Source: Deltaproteobacteria bacterium
Lineage (GTDB): Bacteria > Myxococcota_A > UBA9160 > SMWR01
DNA: 41,873 nucleotides
Reading direction: 5' to 3'
Assembly: GCA_032128375.1 (NCBI GenBank)
Contig: JAQBGU010000154.1
Span: 1 to 41,873 of the forward strand
Below are positions 16,698-25,698 of the stretch, piece after piece. A program made the position numbers and the translations under genes. The notes under the pieces were generated by a model. It was given only the letters and a program-made list of their open reading frames with translations, did not search any database and had not been told where the DNA came from. The stretch's first letter is position 1. The number at the start of each line of letters is the position of its first letter.

Positions 16698-18851
16698 ATG
16701 GCCGGGGAACCGCGTGAACGAGCAGACCTGCTGACAAAGAGCATGCTGGTTCTGAGGGGACTCGCGCCTCATTCTCGCCGGCACCTGAGATCGTTCGCGT
16801 TCGGGGCGGTCGGGGCCTGCTTCATGGTTGGGGCCCGACTCGCCCTCCCCTGGCCTCTGCGAGTCGTCGCCGAAAGTTGGATCGACGCCACGCATCCCGC
16901 CGGGAGCAGCGTCAACTCGGGTATCGATCCGGCGCTGGCGATGGGGGTGCTGTTCCTGGCCCTCATCCTGCTGCTCGGCTTCTCTGACTACGTCGCGCGT
17001 CTGTACTTCGCACGCTTCGCCATTGGGACGGTCCGTGATTTACGCGGATCGGTGTACCGCTCGGTGGTCAGCGCGCCCGCCCGTAGACGCGCCAGGCGTC
17101 CGGGAGATCTGATCAGCCGACTCGTCGGCGACACCGCTCGGACCAAGGCCGGTTTGCAGGGATTCCTGCTGCATGTGGGCACCAACGGCCTCACGCTCAT
17201 CGGGGCGACCGCGATCGTCTTCTGGATGAACCTGAATCTGGGCCTCGTATTTGCGGCCGCAGCCGCGGCCACATTGATTATCTCGGTCGTGACGGCCGGC
17301 AAGATGTTTCGTCAGTCGCTCAAGCTACGCAAGAAGGAAGGCCAACTCGCGGACAAGATCCAGAGCACCGTCGCGAGCAAGAAATCTCGGCGCGTCGAAG
17401 TGAAGAAACTCAACCGTTCGAGCGGACGTCACGAGGCTTCGCTCACGCATCTTCAGGGTGTCGCCACCTGGATGACTCACGGAACTTTTGGCCTCGCCAT
17501 GCTCGTCGCGCTGTGGATCGGGAGCGGCGCGGTGAATAGCGGTGCACTGCCCGCGGGCGACATGGTCGTGGTCATGATGTACGCGCTTACCTTGCGGGGT
17601 CCAATCGTCCGCCTCGCGCGGCAGGGCGCCCGCACCGGGAAGGTTCTCGGGCCCGCATACCGGCTCATTCAACTCCAAGCCAAATCGAAGGAAAGCCAGC
17701 CGATGATCGAGGTACACGAACCGGTACAACCCAATGAAGATCGCGAAAGCGTTCGCGTCTTGTTCTCGGGCCACGCGCCAGTGCACTTCGCGTGTTTCCA
17801 ACCCCTCTACGAGCGCCTGTGTGCCCATCCCGGGGTCGAGGTGTTTCTCTCGGGTGGACTCCGGACGCAGTACAGGGACAAGATGCCTGACGGCACAAAA
17901 GGGAAGAAGAAGTGGCGCTACGACGGGAGTGCTCTATACGAGCCTTTCGGCGTTCCGCCGGATCGCATTCTCCCGGTGAAGGAGATGCGTCGGCAGAACT
18001 TCGACGTCGTGTTCGGGGCCAACACGAAGCTTCTGAGGCCGCGCAGCCCAGCGATCAATATCCAGATCTTCCACGGGATTTCGTTCCGCAACAAGGCGGT
18101 GCGGAAGGCCAACATGGGGTGCGACTACTACTTCTTGATTGGGCCGTACATGCATCGTCGCTTCGTCGAAGCCAATTTCCTCGAGGCTGTGGACGAGCGT
18201 GCCGTGCAGATCGGATTCTTGAAGACGGACCGGCTGCTGAACGGCGAGTTCGTTCGTGCGGATCTGCTCGAGGAATTCGGTCTCGGTGGTGAACGCCCGG
18301 TCATCGTCTACGCGCCTACTGGGGCCAGGTTCAACTCGCTCGAGACCATGGGCGAGGAGGTGATCGCGTGTCTCACTTCGACCGGTCGCTACGACGTTCT
18401 CATCAAGCCCCACGATCATCCCACCAATGACGATATCGATTGGTTCGAGCGCCTTGCCCGATTCGAAGACGACCACTGTCGCGTGGTGAGAGCGCCGGAC
18501 GTGACTCGCGTGCTGTTCCTGGCAGATGTCCTGATCAGCGATGCGTCCTCAGTCACCAACGAGTACTCACTAATGGATCGCCCGATTGTCTTTCTCGATA
18601 CTCCCGAGCTGATCGCCCAGGCTGCGGAGGCCGATGAGTCAGCGCTGGATCTCGTTACCTGGGGCCGGCGGGGAGGCATCATCGTGGAGGTGCCCGAGAA
18701 GATCGAGAACGCCATCGAGCAGTGCTTGGCCGATCCGCAGCAGTACACCGAGATCCGGCGCGCGATGGCCAAGGACTTTTTCTATAATCCGGGCACGGCC
18801 ACCGATGCGGCGATGTCATGGCTGCAGGAGCATGTATTCGACGTGCGCTAA
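16698..18851 (+). CDS. Fusion: ABC-exporter transmembrane domain + CDP-glycerol glycerophosphotransferase (TagB/TagF family) domain, no ATPase domain
   Basis: N-half: ~6 TM helices, LALPWPL, VRDLR..VY, RPGDLISRLVGD. C-half: QIFHGIS, GFLKTDRL, VIVYAPT, IKPH, ADVLISDASSVTNEYSLMDRPIVF. No Walker A/B or LSGGQ-type NBD. Confidence 0.85.
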   Translation: MAGEPRERADLLTKSMLVLRGLAPHSRRHLRSFAFGAVGACFMVGARLALPWPLRVVAESWIDATHPAGSSVNSGIDPALAMGVLFLALILLLGFSDYVARLYFARFAIGTVRDLRGSVYRSVVSAPARRRARRPGDLISRLVGDTARTKAGLQGFLLHVGTNGLTLIGATAIVFWMNLNLGLVFAAAAAATLIISVVTAGKMFRQSLKLRKKEGQLADKIQSTVASKKSRRVEVKKLNRSSGRHEASLTHLQGVATWMTHGTFGLAMLVALWIGSGAVNSGALPAGDMVVVMMYALTLRGPIVRLARQGARTGKVLGPAYRLIQLQAKSKESQPMIEVHEPVQPNEDRESVRVLFSGHAPVHFACFQPLYERLCAHPGVEVFLSGGLRTQYRDKMPDGTKGKKKWRYDGSALYEPFGVPPDRILPVKEMRRQNFDVVFGANTKLLRPRSPAINIQIFHGISFRNKAVRKANMGCDYYFLIGPYMHRRFVEANFLEAVDERAVQIGFLKTDRLLNGEFVRADLLEEFGLGGERPVIVYAPTGARFNSLETMGEEVIACLTSTGRYDVLIKPHDHPTNDDIDWFERLARFEDDHCRVVRAPDVTRVLFLADVLISDASSVTNEYSLMDRPIVFLDTPELIAQAAEADESALDLVTWGRRGGIIVEVPEKIENAIEQCLADPQQYTEIRRAMAKDFFYNPGTATDAAMSWLQEHVFDVR

Positions 18852-18902
18852 GACTCTGCCGAATCCGAACCTTGACGGGTTCATGCTGAGGTGCCCCCCA
18901 GC

Positions 18903-20375
18903 ATGTCAAATGGCATGAGTTCACTCTCGAAGGCCACCGCGGGTCGCGTCGTGCACTCACGATCTGCATGGGTAGGTGAAAAGCGCAAGGTCGCCACCGA
19001 ATCGACAAACACGCTTTCCTGCGCGGCGAGATATCGGCGGCGAATATCCTTCCTGATCGCGATTTCGAGTTTCGGCTGCGGCGGTGCGGAGACGCTCCCA
19101 GACGAACCCGAGCCCTGCATCGGATGCAACATCATCCTTCTGGTGGTCGACACGTTGCGCGCGGATCACCTTGGAGTCTACGGATACCCTCGGCCGGTGA
19201 GCCCTTTCATCGATGCATTCGCCGACGACGCGCTCGTATTCGAAAATGTGCTCGCGCAGTCGTCGTGGACACGGGCCTCAATGGCTTCGATCCTGACTGG
19301 GTTGCTGCCCATTCATCACACGGCGATGACTCGCTTCGACAAGCTGCCCGACGAGGTGACGCTGCTATCCGAGCTTCTCGCAGAGCAGCATTATGCGACG
19401 ATCGCGTTCGTCACAAACCCAAACATTCTGCCACGGTCCGGATTCGACCAGGGGTACGACCACTTCTTGCAGCTTCACGAGCCGTCACCAGAAAACACCA
19501 GGTACATGATCACCAAGGCTGACGAGGTCAACGAACATGTCTTCGAGGCGCTAGATCGGATCGAATCCAACGAGCGGAATTTCATTTACGTGCACTACAT
19601 GGATCCACACGATCCCTACATCCCCAACGAACCGCACTTCTCCAAGCACGATTCCATCTCCTTCACGCGCCAGTTCATCGTCCAAGGCTTTTCCAAGCTG
19701 CAGGGCGCGATGCGAGAAAACGCATTGCAACAGATGATCAATGCTTATGATGATGAAGTTCGTTTCGTTGATCGCCACATCGGTCTGCTCCTCGCATCTC
19801 TCGACGAGCGCGGCCTGCTCGAACGCTCGGTTGTCATCCTCGTTTCGGACCACGGCGAAGAATTTTTGGAGCATGGGGGCCTCGCACACGGCAGGACGCT
19901 CCACGGCGAGGTTCTCGCAGTGCCGCTCATCATCCGGGCATCGGGTTGGCCCGGCCGCCGAATCGCGGGACTCGTGAACCAGGTGGACATTCTTCCCACC
20001 GTTCTCGAGCTGTCGGGGATCGAGCCGCCCGCGAATCTCGACGGAGCGAGCCGGCTGCGCAGCCAGGGACCTGCGGAGAATTCCTTTGCCGACCTTCGAA
20101 TCGACGGCCGGCGCAGCCAATCGCTGACCACAGGTGTCGACAAGTTGATTCGAATGGATCGCGGCAACGAGCTCGAAGTTGTCTACTTCGACTTGGAAGC
20201 GGATCCGGGCGAAACCCGGCCTCTCGACAGGAGAACGCGAATCGAGACGCTCAACCAGGCCATCGAGGAGCTTTACGCGGCCAGTGTCCAACGACGGGTG
20301 AAGGCCTCGAGCCAGACTGAGCACGATCGCGGCGAGATGGAACAGCTGAAGGCTCTTGGCTACATCAATGATTGA
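18903..20375 (+). CDS. Sulfatase/alkaline-phosphatase superfamily enzyme, Thr-type active site, probable lipoprotein (start uncertain)
   Basis: NIILLVVDTLRADHLG, SSWTRASMASILTG, HYMDPHDPY, YDDEV, SDHGEEF.EHG...HG, VDILPT; FGC lipobox-like site. Confidence 0.85.
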   Translation: MSNGMSSLSKATAGRVVHSRSAWVGEKRKVATESTNTLSCAARYRRRISFLIAISSFGCGGAETLPDEPEPCIGCNIILLVVDTLRADHLGVYGYPRPVSPFIDAFADDALVFENVLAQSSWTRASMASILTGLLPIHHTAMTRFDKLPDEVTLLSELLAEQHYATIAFVTNPNILPRSGFDQGYDHFLQLHEPSPENTRYMITKADEVNEHVFEALDRIESNERNFIYVHYMDPHDPYIPNEPHFSKHDSISFTRQFIVQGFSKLQGAMRENALQQMINAYDDEVRFVDRHIGLLLASLDERGLLERSVVILVSDHGEEFLEHGGLAHGRTLHGEVLAVPLIIRASGWPGRRIAGLVNQVDILPTVLELSGIEPPANLDGASRLRSQGPAENSFADLRIDGRRSQSLTTGVDKLIRMDRGNELEVVYFDLEADPGETRPLDRRTRIETLNQAIEELYAASVQRRVKASSQTEHDRGEMEQLKALGYIND

Positions 20376-20431
20376 CGCGTGCCCCCAAAAAACGTCAGCG
20401 CACGATCTTCGATCGAGCCGATCCGCGCACG

Positions 20432-21292
20432 TCAGCGCCGTTTGGGATCGGGCACGGCGAACATTCGAGCCAGCTGTTGGGTCGAGAGTCCGGTGACCGG
20501 CATCGAGACGCCGTTTTCGCGCGCCACCTGCAGCGCCAGCGTCATATCCTTTTCTGCCAGCAGCATCACCTGTGTGAATCGCTCTTTCAAGAACGCGTGG
20601 TCGGGATCCGCCTGGAGCGCGGTGCGACCCGCCAGCATCGCGCGTGCGTTGTCGTTCATCATCCAGCTCAGCACTTCGTTGAACACCTCTCGCGACAGAC
20701 CCGCCGCAGCCGCAAGCCCATCCGCTTCGACGTAGCCCTGCCAGGCGACGAACTGGACCAGGTTGTTGCACAACTTTGCGACCGCTCCCATGCCGCTGGC
20801 ACCGCATCGCGTGATCTCGCTGGCGGAGGTCTCGAGAACCGGAGTCAGGCGGTCCAAGATTGCGTCGTCGCCGCCGACCATGTAGCGAAGTTGCTTGGCC
20901 TCGGTCGCCGCGCGCCCACCCGTCATCTGCGCATCGACGACATGGACTCCTTTCTCTGACGCAAGTTCAGCCAGCCCCTTGACGGTCGCCGGATTCACAG
21001 TGCTGTGAATCGCGATGATCGTGTCCGCGCGCGCACCCCCGAGCACTCCGTCTCTTCCAGCGATGACGCGCTGCGTCGCCGCATCGTCGAGCACGCAGAC
21101 GCATACCACATCGGATCGCTCGCCCACTTCCCGGCTGCTGATCGCCGCCTTGGCTCCGCTTTCGACCAGGAGTTCGATGGCTTCGGTTCGCAGATCGAAG
21201 ACGACGACTTCGAAATTGCCGCCACACAGATTGCGCGCCATCGGCTCGCCGATGTCCCCGAGCCCGATGAAGCCGACCGTTCGAATCATCAT
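20432..21292 (-). CDS. NAD(P)-dependent oxidoreductase, 3-hydroxyisobutyrate dehydrogenase family
   Basis: GFIGLGDIG, HSTV, VDAQMTGG, AKLCNN, KD; AGGAG RBS. Confidence 0.9.
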   Translation of the reverse strand: MMIRTVGFIGLGDIGEPMARNLCGGNFEVVVFDLRTEAIELLVESGAKAAISSREVGERSDVVCVCVLDDAATQRVIAGRDGVLGGARADTIIAIHSTVNPATVKGLAELASEKGVHVVDAQMTGGRAATEAKQLRYMVGGDDAILDRLTPVLETSASEITRCGASGMGAVAKLCNNLVQFVAWQGYVEADGLAAAAGLSREVFNEVLSWMMNDNARAMLAGRTALQADPDHAFLKERFTQVMLLAEKDMTLALQVARENGVSMPVTGLSTQQLARMFAVPDPKRR

Positions 21293-21366
21293 TTGCTCCT
21301 TCTTTTCTTCGACAGAAATTTTCCAGAACCTCTTACAAGAAACCGGTTTGCAAGTCAGGCTGCGAG

Positions 21367-22008
21367 TCAGGTCTGACGTCCCAGTTCACGCACCAGAGTA
21401 TCCTTCAGAAATCCCAATTCTTCGGCACGTGGCTGAGCGCGAACACCCTCGAGCATCCGGGTCGAAGCCAATCCGGCCAGGACCGATAGGGCGTAGTGCT
21501 CGATCGCGAGGTGCTCGTTGCGCCGCAACTTCGAATCGTGAAACAACTCCATCCAGACGCGATCCCAGGATCGGAACATCTCGTTGCGCCAACTCGGCGA
21601 ATCCGAAAAATCGTCGTGACCGATGTAGTGCAGCAGAATCTCGAACGCCGAACGGTATTCGCGACTTCTGAAGTGAGCCCACGCACCGTCCACGAATCGC
21701 CTGGAGCGTTCTTCGAGCGTGCCCCCAACCGCCGACAGGTCGCCGAAACGGGACGCGAAGTGATCGAAGGAATCTTCGACAGCTGCGATCAGCATGCCAT
21801 CTTTCCCGCCGAAGTGGTGTTGTACCGCGCCCCAGGTCACGCCGGCGCGCCGAGTGATCTCTGCCGCGGTCGTCCGAGCGAGGCCAACCTCAGCAATGCT
21901 CTCGAATACCGCCGCAACGATCCGCTGACGTGTCAGTGCCGTGCGCTCGGCCTGTGAGCGGCGGCCCGGTACCGGGATCGTTTGCCCACGCCTGTGTGCC
22001 GGTGACAT
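21367..22008 (-). CDS. TetR/AcrR family transcriptional regulator
   Basis: RSQAER...TTAAEITRRAGVTWGAVQHHFGGK helix-turn-helix. Confidence 0.92.
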   Translation of the reverse strand: MSPAHRRGQTIPVPGRRSQAERTALTRQRIVAAVFESIAEVGLARTTAAEITRRAGVTWGAVQHHFGGKDGMLIAAVEDSFDHFASRFGDLSAVGGTLEERSRRFVDGAWAHFRSREYRSAFEILLHYIGHDDFSDSPSWRNEMFRSWDRVWMELFHDSKLRRNEHLAIEHYALSVLAGLASTRMLEGVRAQPRAEELGFLKDTLVRELGRQT

Positions 22009-22028
22009 CGATGCGAGTCTATGGAAAG

Positions 22029-22050
22029 TTACATTGCTCGCAATATGTAA
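22029..22050. promoter_or_regulatory. Palindromic operator between divergent tetR and P450
   Basis: TTACAT-TGCTCGCAAT-ATGTAA (inner ATTGC-TC-GCAAT) in an AT-rich ~70-bp divergent gap. Confidence 0.7.
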
Positions 22051-22081
22051 ATACCATATGGTTCGCCCGGAGGCTCCCTGC

Positions 22082-23257
22082 GTGGTCGAATACAACCCCT
22101 ACGACTGGAAGATCCACGAGGATCCCTACCCCACGTACGCCGCGCTGCGTAGCGAGGCACCCGCCTACTACAACGAAGAGATCGACTTTTGGGCGCTCTC
22201 TCGCCACGCAGACATACTGGCCGCGTTTCGTGACCCCGGACGCTATTCGAACCAGTACGGCGTCTCGCTCGAAAAAGAACAGATCCGTGAAGCCCGAACG
22301 GTCATGTCGTTTCTCGCGATGGACCCGCCGGACCACACGCGGGTGCGCGCGCTGGTCAATCGCGGCTTTTCTCCACGCCGGGTCACGCAGCTCGAGCCGA
22401 AAATTCGCGCTCTGGCGAACCGCTACATCGATGCCTTCATCGACGATGGAGAGTGTGAATTCATCGACGCATTTGCCGGACGGCTGCCAATGGATGTCAT
22501 CAGCGAAATGCTCGGAGTCGCACAGGCCGACCGCGACGATTTGCGGCACTGGGCCGACCTCGTGCTGCACCGCGAAGCCGGCGACCCCAACGTGCCACCG
22601 GCCGGAATGGCAGCGGCAGCGAACATCTTGAAGTATTTCGCCGAGTTCGTGGCGGTACGCAGAGCTTCACCGGGTGACGACCTCACGGACGCATTGATAA
22701 CGGCCGAGATCGACGGCGACCGACTCGGGAACTCGGACATCATCGCATTCCTGTTCCTGATGATCATCGCCGGAAACGAAACGACCACCAAGCTACTCGC
22801 GAATGCGCTGTATTGGCTGTGGAAGCACCCGGCGCAGCGCGACGTGGTTCGAAACTCGCCCGACACGATTGCGAACTGGGCCGAAGAAACGCTGCGGTTC
22901 GACCCATCGTCCCAACTGATCGCGCGCACGACGACGACCGATATCGGGATCCACGATCAGACGATCCCATCAGGTTCGCGTGTCGCACTCCTGATCGGAT
23001 CAGGTAACCGTGACGAGCGGGTCTTTTACCAACCCGATCTGTACGATATCCGCCGTGACACCCGAAATTCGCTTTCGTTCGGGCAGGGCACACATTTCTG
23101 CCTCGGTGCGTCTCTGGCGCGACTCGAAGCGAGGGTTTCATTGGAAGAGCTCCACCGCCGCATTCCGAATTTCGAAATCAGATCCGAAGCTGCCGTTCGC
23201 ATGCACTCGAGCAACGTTCGCGGCTTCGCCGTGCTGCCGATCGAGTTCGGACGGTGA
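22082..23257 (+). CDS. cyp123: Cytochrome P450, CYP123-like
   Basis: GGAGG + GTG 22082; AGNETTT, EETLR, FGQGTHFCLG; segments HEDPYP, YGVSL, LPMDVISE, SSQ..AR, HSSNVRGF match M. tuberculosis CYP123 as recalled from memory. Confidence 0.85.
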   Translation: MVEYNPYDWKIHEDPYPTYAALRSEAPAYYNEEIDFWALSRHADILAAFRDPGRYSNQYGVSLEKEQIREARTVMSFLAMDPPDHTRVRALVNRGFSPRRVTQLEPKIRALANRYIDAFIDDGECEFIDAFAGRLPMDVISEMLGVAQADRDDLRHWADLVLHREAGDPNVPPAGMAAAANILKYFAEFVAVRRASPGDDLTDALITAEIDGDRLGNSDIIAFLFLMIIAGNETTTKLLANALYWLWKHPAQRDVVRNSPDTIANWAEETLRFDPSSQLIARTTTTDIGIHDQTIPSGSRVALLIGSGNRDERVFYQPDLYDIRRDTRNSLSFGQGTHFCLGASLARLEARVSLEELHRRIPNFEIRSEAAVRMHSSNVRGFAVLPIEFGR

Positions 23258-24048
23258 GTTCCACATCCGCGCACCGGACCGCGCTGGTCACCGGCGCTTC
23301 GTCGGGGCTCGGAGCCGCCATCGCCCGAGCGCTCGGTGCGTTGGGTTGGTCGGTCGCAATCGGCGCGCGTCATATCGGACCGCTGGAGAAAGTAGCCTTG
23401 CAGGTCGAGGCTGCGGGCGGTACCGCGTTCGCACACGAACTCGATGTCAGCGAGCTCGACTCGATCGAGGCGTTCGTCGCAGCCAGCGAGCAGCACCTCG
23501 GACCGATCGATACTGTCGTCAGCAACGCGGGAACTTCCACACCCGGCAGACTCTTCGAATTGGCGGTTGAAGATCTCCGCCGAGAAATCAACACCAACCT
23601 GTTGGGCCCGATGCTGCTGACACGGCTCATGCTTCCGACCCTCATCGAACGACGCAGCGGCGACCTCGTATTCATCAGCTCACAAAACGCGGTCATCCCT
23701 CGACCGCTTCAGCTCGGCTACACCGCAACCAAAACCGGGCTCGAGGCCATGGTGCGCGTGCTGCAGATGGAACTCGAGGGCAGCGGCGTTCGGGCCACCA
23801 CGGTTCGGCCCGGTCCGACCCGGTCGAATTTTGGGATGGACTGGGATCCGGCCGCAATCAAGCGCGTACTGACGAGTTGGAAGCACTGGGGCGTGCAGCG
23901 CCACCACCGCTACTTGCCAGCGGAGGCAATCGCATCGGCAGTCGTGCACGCGGTCACCGCGCCCGCTGGAACCCACTTCGATCTGATTCAGGTGAATCCC
24001 GAAGGGCCCGTCAGGCCGCCTGCCAAAGGCCCGGGCGAGAGCCAGTGA
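23254..24048 (+). CDS. Short-chain dehydrogenase/reductase, Rv0765c-like
   Basis: TGASSGLG, NAG, YTATK, LQMELEGSGVR..V.PGPT; GTGA overlap with the P450 stop. Confidence 0.9.
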   Translation: MSSTSAHRTALVTGASSGLGAAIARALGALGWSVAIGARHIGPLEKVALQVEAAGGTAFAHELDVSELDSIEAFVAASEQHLGPIDTVVSNAGTSTPGRLFELAVEDLRREINTNLLGPMLLTRLMLPTLIERRSGDLVFISSQNAVIPRPLQLGYTATKTGLEAMVRVLQMELEGSGVRATTVRPGPTRSNFGMDWDPAAIKRVLTSWKHWGVQRHHRYLPAEAIASAVVHAVTAPAGTHFDLIQVNPEGPVRPPAKGPGESQ

Positions 24049-24170
24049 CCCGGGAATGCGAACGAAATAGCAAGAGAACGTCGAACCGATGCGGCGACGC
24101 CTTCGCGCGTCGACCGGATCGCTGCTGACAAAACGGCGATCGCAGCTGTCGTCCCGCGTCGGCGCGCTGG

Positions 24171-24203
24171 TCGTCGAAGGGCTTCGTCGAAGTGCTTCGT
24201 CGA
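24171..24203. repeat. 13-bp tandem repeat x2.5 between convergent genes
   Basis: TCGTCGAAGGGCT TCGTCGAAGTGCT TCGTCGA. Confidence 0.7.
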
Positions 24204-24239
24204 CGATTCTCACCTGCACGACGCGCTCGAAGCCGCGCC

Positions 24240-25544
24240 TCAGCGCTCGGGCGCGATTTCTTCGAGTTCGCGGCTGGCCGTCTCTGGCAGCAGCAGCGCA
24301 ATGACGATGGGCGGAAGCATCAGCGCCAGTGCCATCCAGGTAATCGCCTCACTGTGCGACCCGGTCAACGTGTACAGCGAGCCTTCGATCGCGAGCCCTG
24401 CGATCCCGCCGAGAGTTCCCACCAGCGTTCGGACACCCGAAGCAGTGGAACGGTACGAAGTGGGAAAGAGTTCTGCACCGAGCGCCTTGAACAGCGCATT
24501 GGTCGCAAGGATCGTGAACACGGTAATGATCCAAAGCACCGGAATCGCCAAACCAGACGCGTTGTAGAAGCCAACCATCGACAAACCGTTGATGATCATC
24601 GCGATCGTCATCACGGGCTTGCGGCCGAATCGATCGGCCAGCGATCCCGCGAGAACACTGCCGAGAATTCCAAACATCCCGCCTGCGATGAACAACAGCG
24701 TGACCTGTCCGGGCGCGTAGTCGTGGACTTCTTGCAGTGTCTTGGGCAGGAACGTGAAGGCAGTCGTGATGCAGAAATCGAACGGAAACAACGCGACCGC
24801 GAGAATCGCGACTCGACCCGGATACATCCGAATCAGGTTGATCACCGGCCGCATCGCGGCCTTGAAGCCGCTCTCTTCGACCCGGGTTTGTTCCTCGAAA
24901 CGTTTCGTTTCCGAGAGCGATCGCCGGAACCAGGCCAGCGACAGCAACGGAATAATTCCGATCAGATACAGCGAACGCCAGCCGAGCGGGAGGTCATCGA
25001 CGAATGCAAACGCGATCGCCGCGGCGCCGTGACCGAGACCACCGATCGCACCCAGCATGCCGATCCCCCAGCCCCTGTCGCGCGCGTGGAGTTCCTCTGC
25101 GACAACGACCGGCGCGAGCATCAATTCGGCGTAGATGAACGTTCGCGCCAGGAATTGCAGCACCATGTAGTCGCGGGTATCGCGTGCGAAGGCCGTCGCA
25201 AAGGTGCACAGCGTAAACCCGAGGATCGTCGCGAGCAGCAGCGCACGACGTCCCACGCGATCGGCCATCACCATCATGGCGAGCGCCGGGATTGCGCCGA
25301 ATCGCACCACCGCGCTGACTCCGGCGATGTCGGCCTCGGCAATACCCAGGCTCGACTGGATCTGCGAGAGCGCGAGCCCCATGATGCCGATGTCGTAGTG
25401 GTCGAAAAACTCGGCCGCACCGAGCAGCCCCATCACGCTCCACTGTCTCGTGGTCAGATCGGGGACCTTGCCCGCGTAGGGGATCGCGTAGGTCCACCAG
25501 GGACGAAACGGTTTCGTGCGGGGTGAATCCGGAATCGAGCTCAT
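24240..25544 (-). CDS. MFS transporter (aromatic acid/SV2-like)
   Basis: FFDHYD, MADRVGRR, EELHARDRG, LADRFGRK, AELFPTSYRST; ~12 TM. Confidence 0.92.
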   Translation of the reverse strand: MSSIPDSPRTKPFRPWWTYAIPYAGKVPDLTTRQWSVMGLLGAAEFFDHYDIGIMGLALSQIQSSLGIAEADIAGVSAVVRFGAIPALAMMVMADRVGRRALLLATILGFTLCTFATAFARDTRDYMVLQFLARTFIYAELMLAPVVVAEELHARDRGWGIGMLGAIGGLGHGAAAIAFAFVDDLPLGWRSLYLIGIIPLLSLAWFRRSLSETKRFEEQTRVEESGFKAAMRPVINLIRMYPGRVAILAVALFPFDFCITTAFTFLPKTLQEVHDYAPGQVTLLFIAGGMFGILGSVLAGSLADRFGRKPVMTIAMIINGLSMVGFYNASGLAIPVLWIITVFTILATNALFKALGAELFPTSYRSTASGVRTLVGTLGGIAGLAIEGSLYTLTGSHSEAITWMALALMLPPIVIALLLPETASRELEEIAPER

Positions 25545-25698
25545 GGGTCGGGTGTCAACGGCGGCAGGAATGCGTCGAGGTCGGGCACGGACTTCGTGGT
25601 TCGCAAGATGCGTGCCGACATACCCACCCGACTGGCGCCGCTACTACGTCGGCAGTGCAGCTCGAAAACTGCGTCGTCTTCGCTTCGTTGCATGCGGG

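Noticed and set aside
9640..20430. Envelope block as a mobile genomic island
   Set aside because: No integrase, transposase, tRNA or flanking direct repeats seen; coding composition looks similar to the flanks by eye
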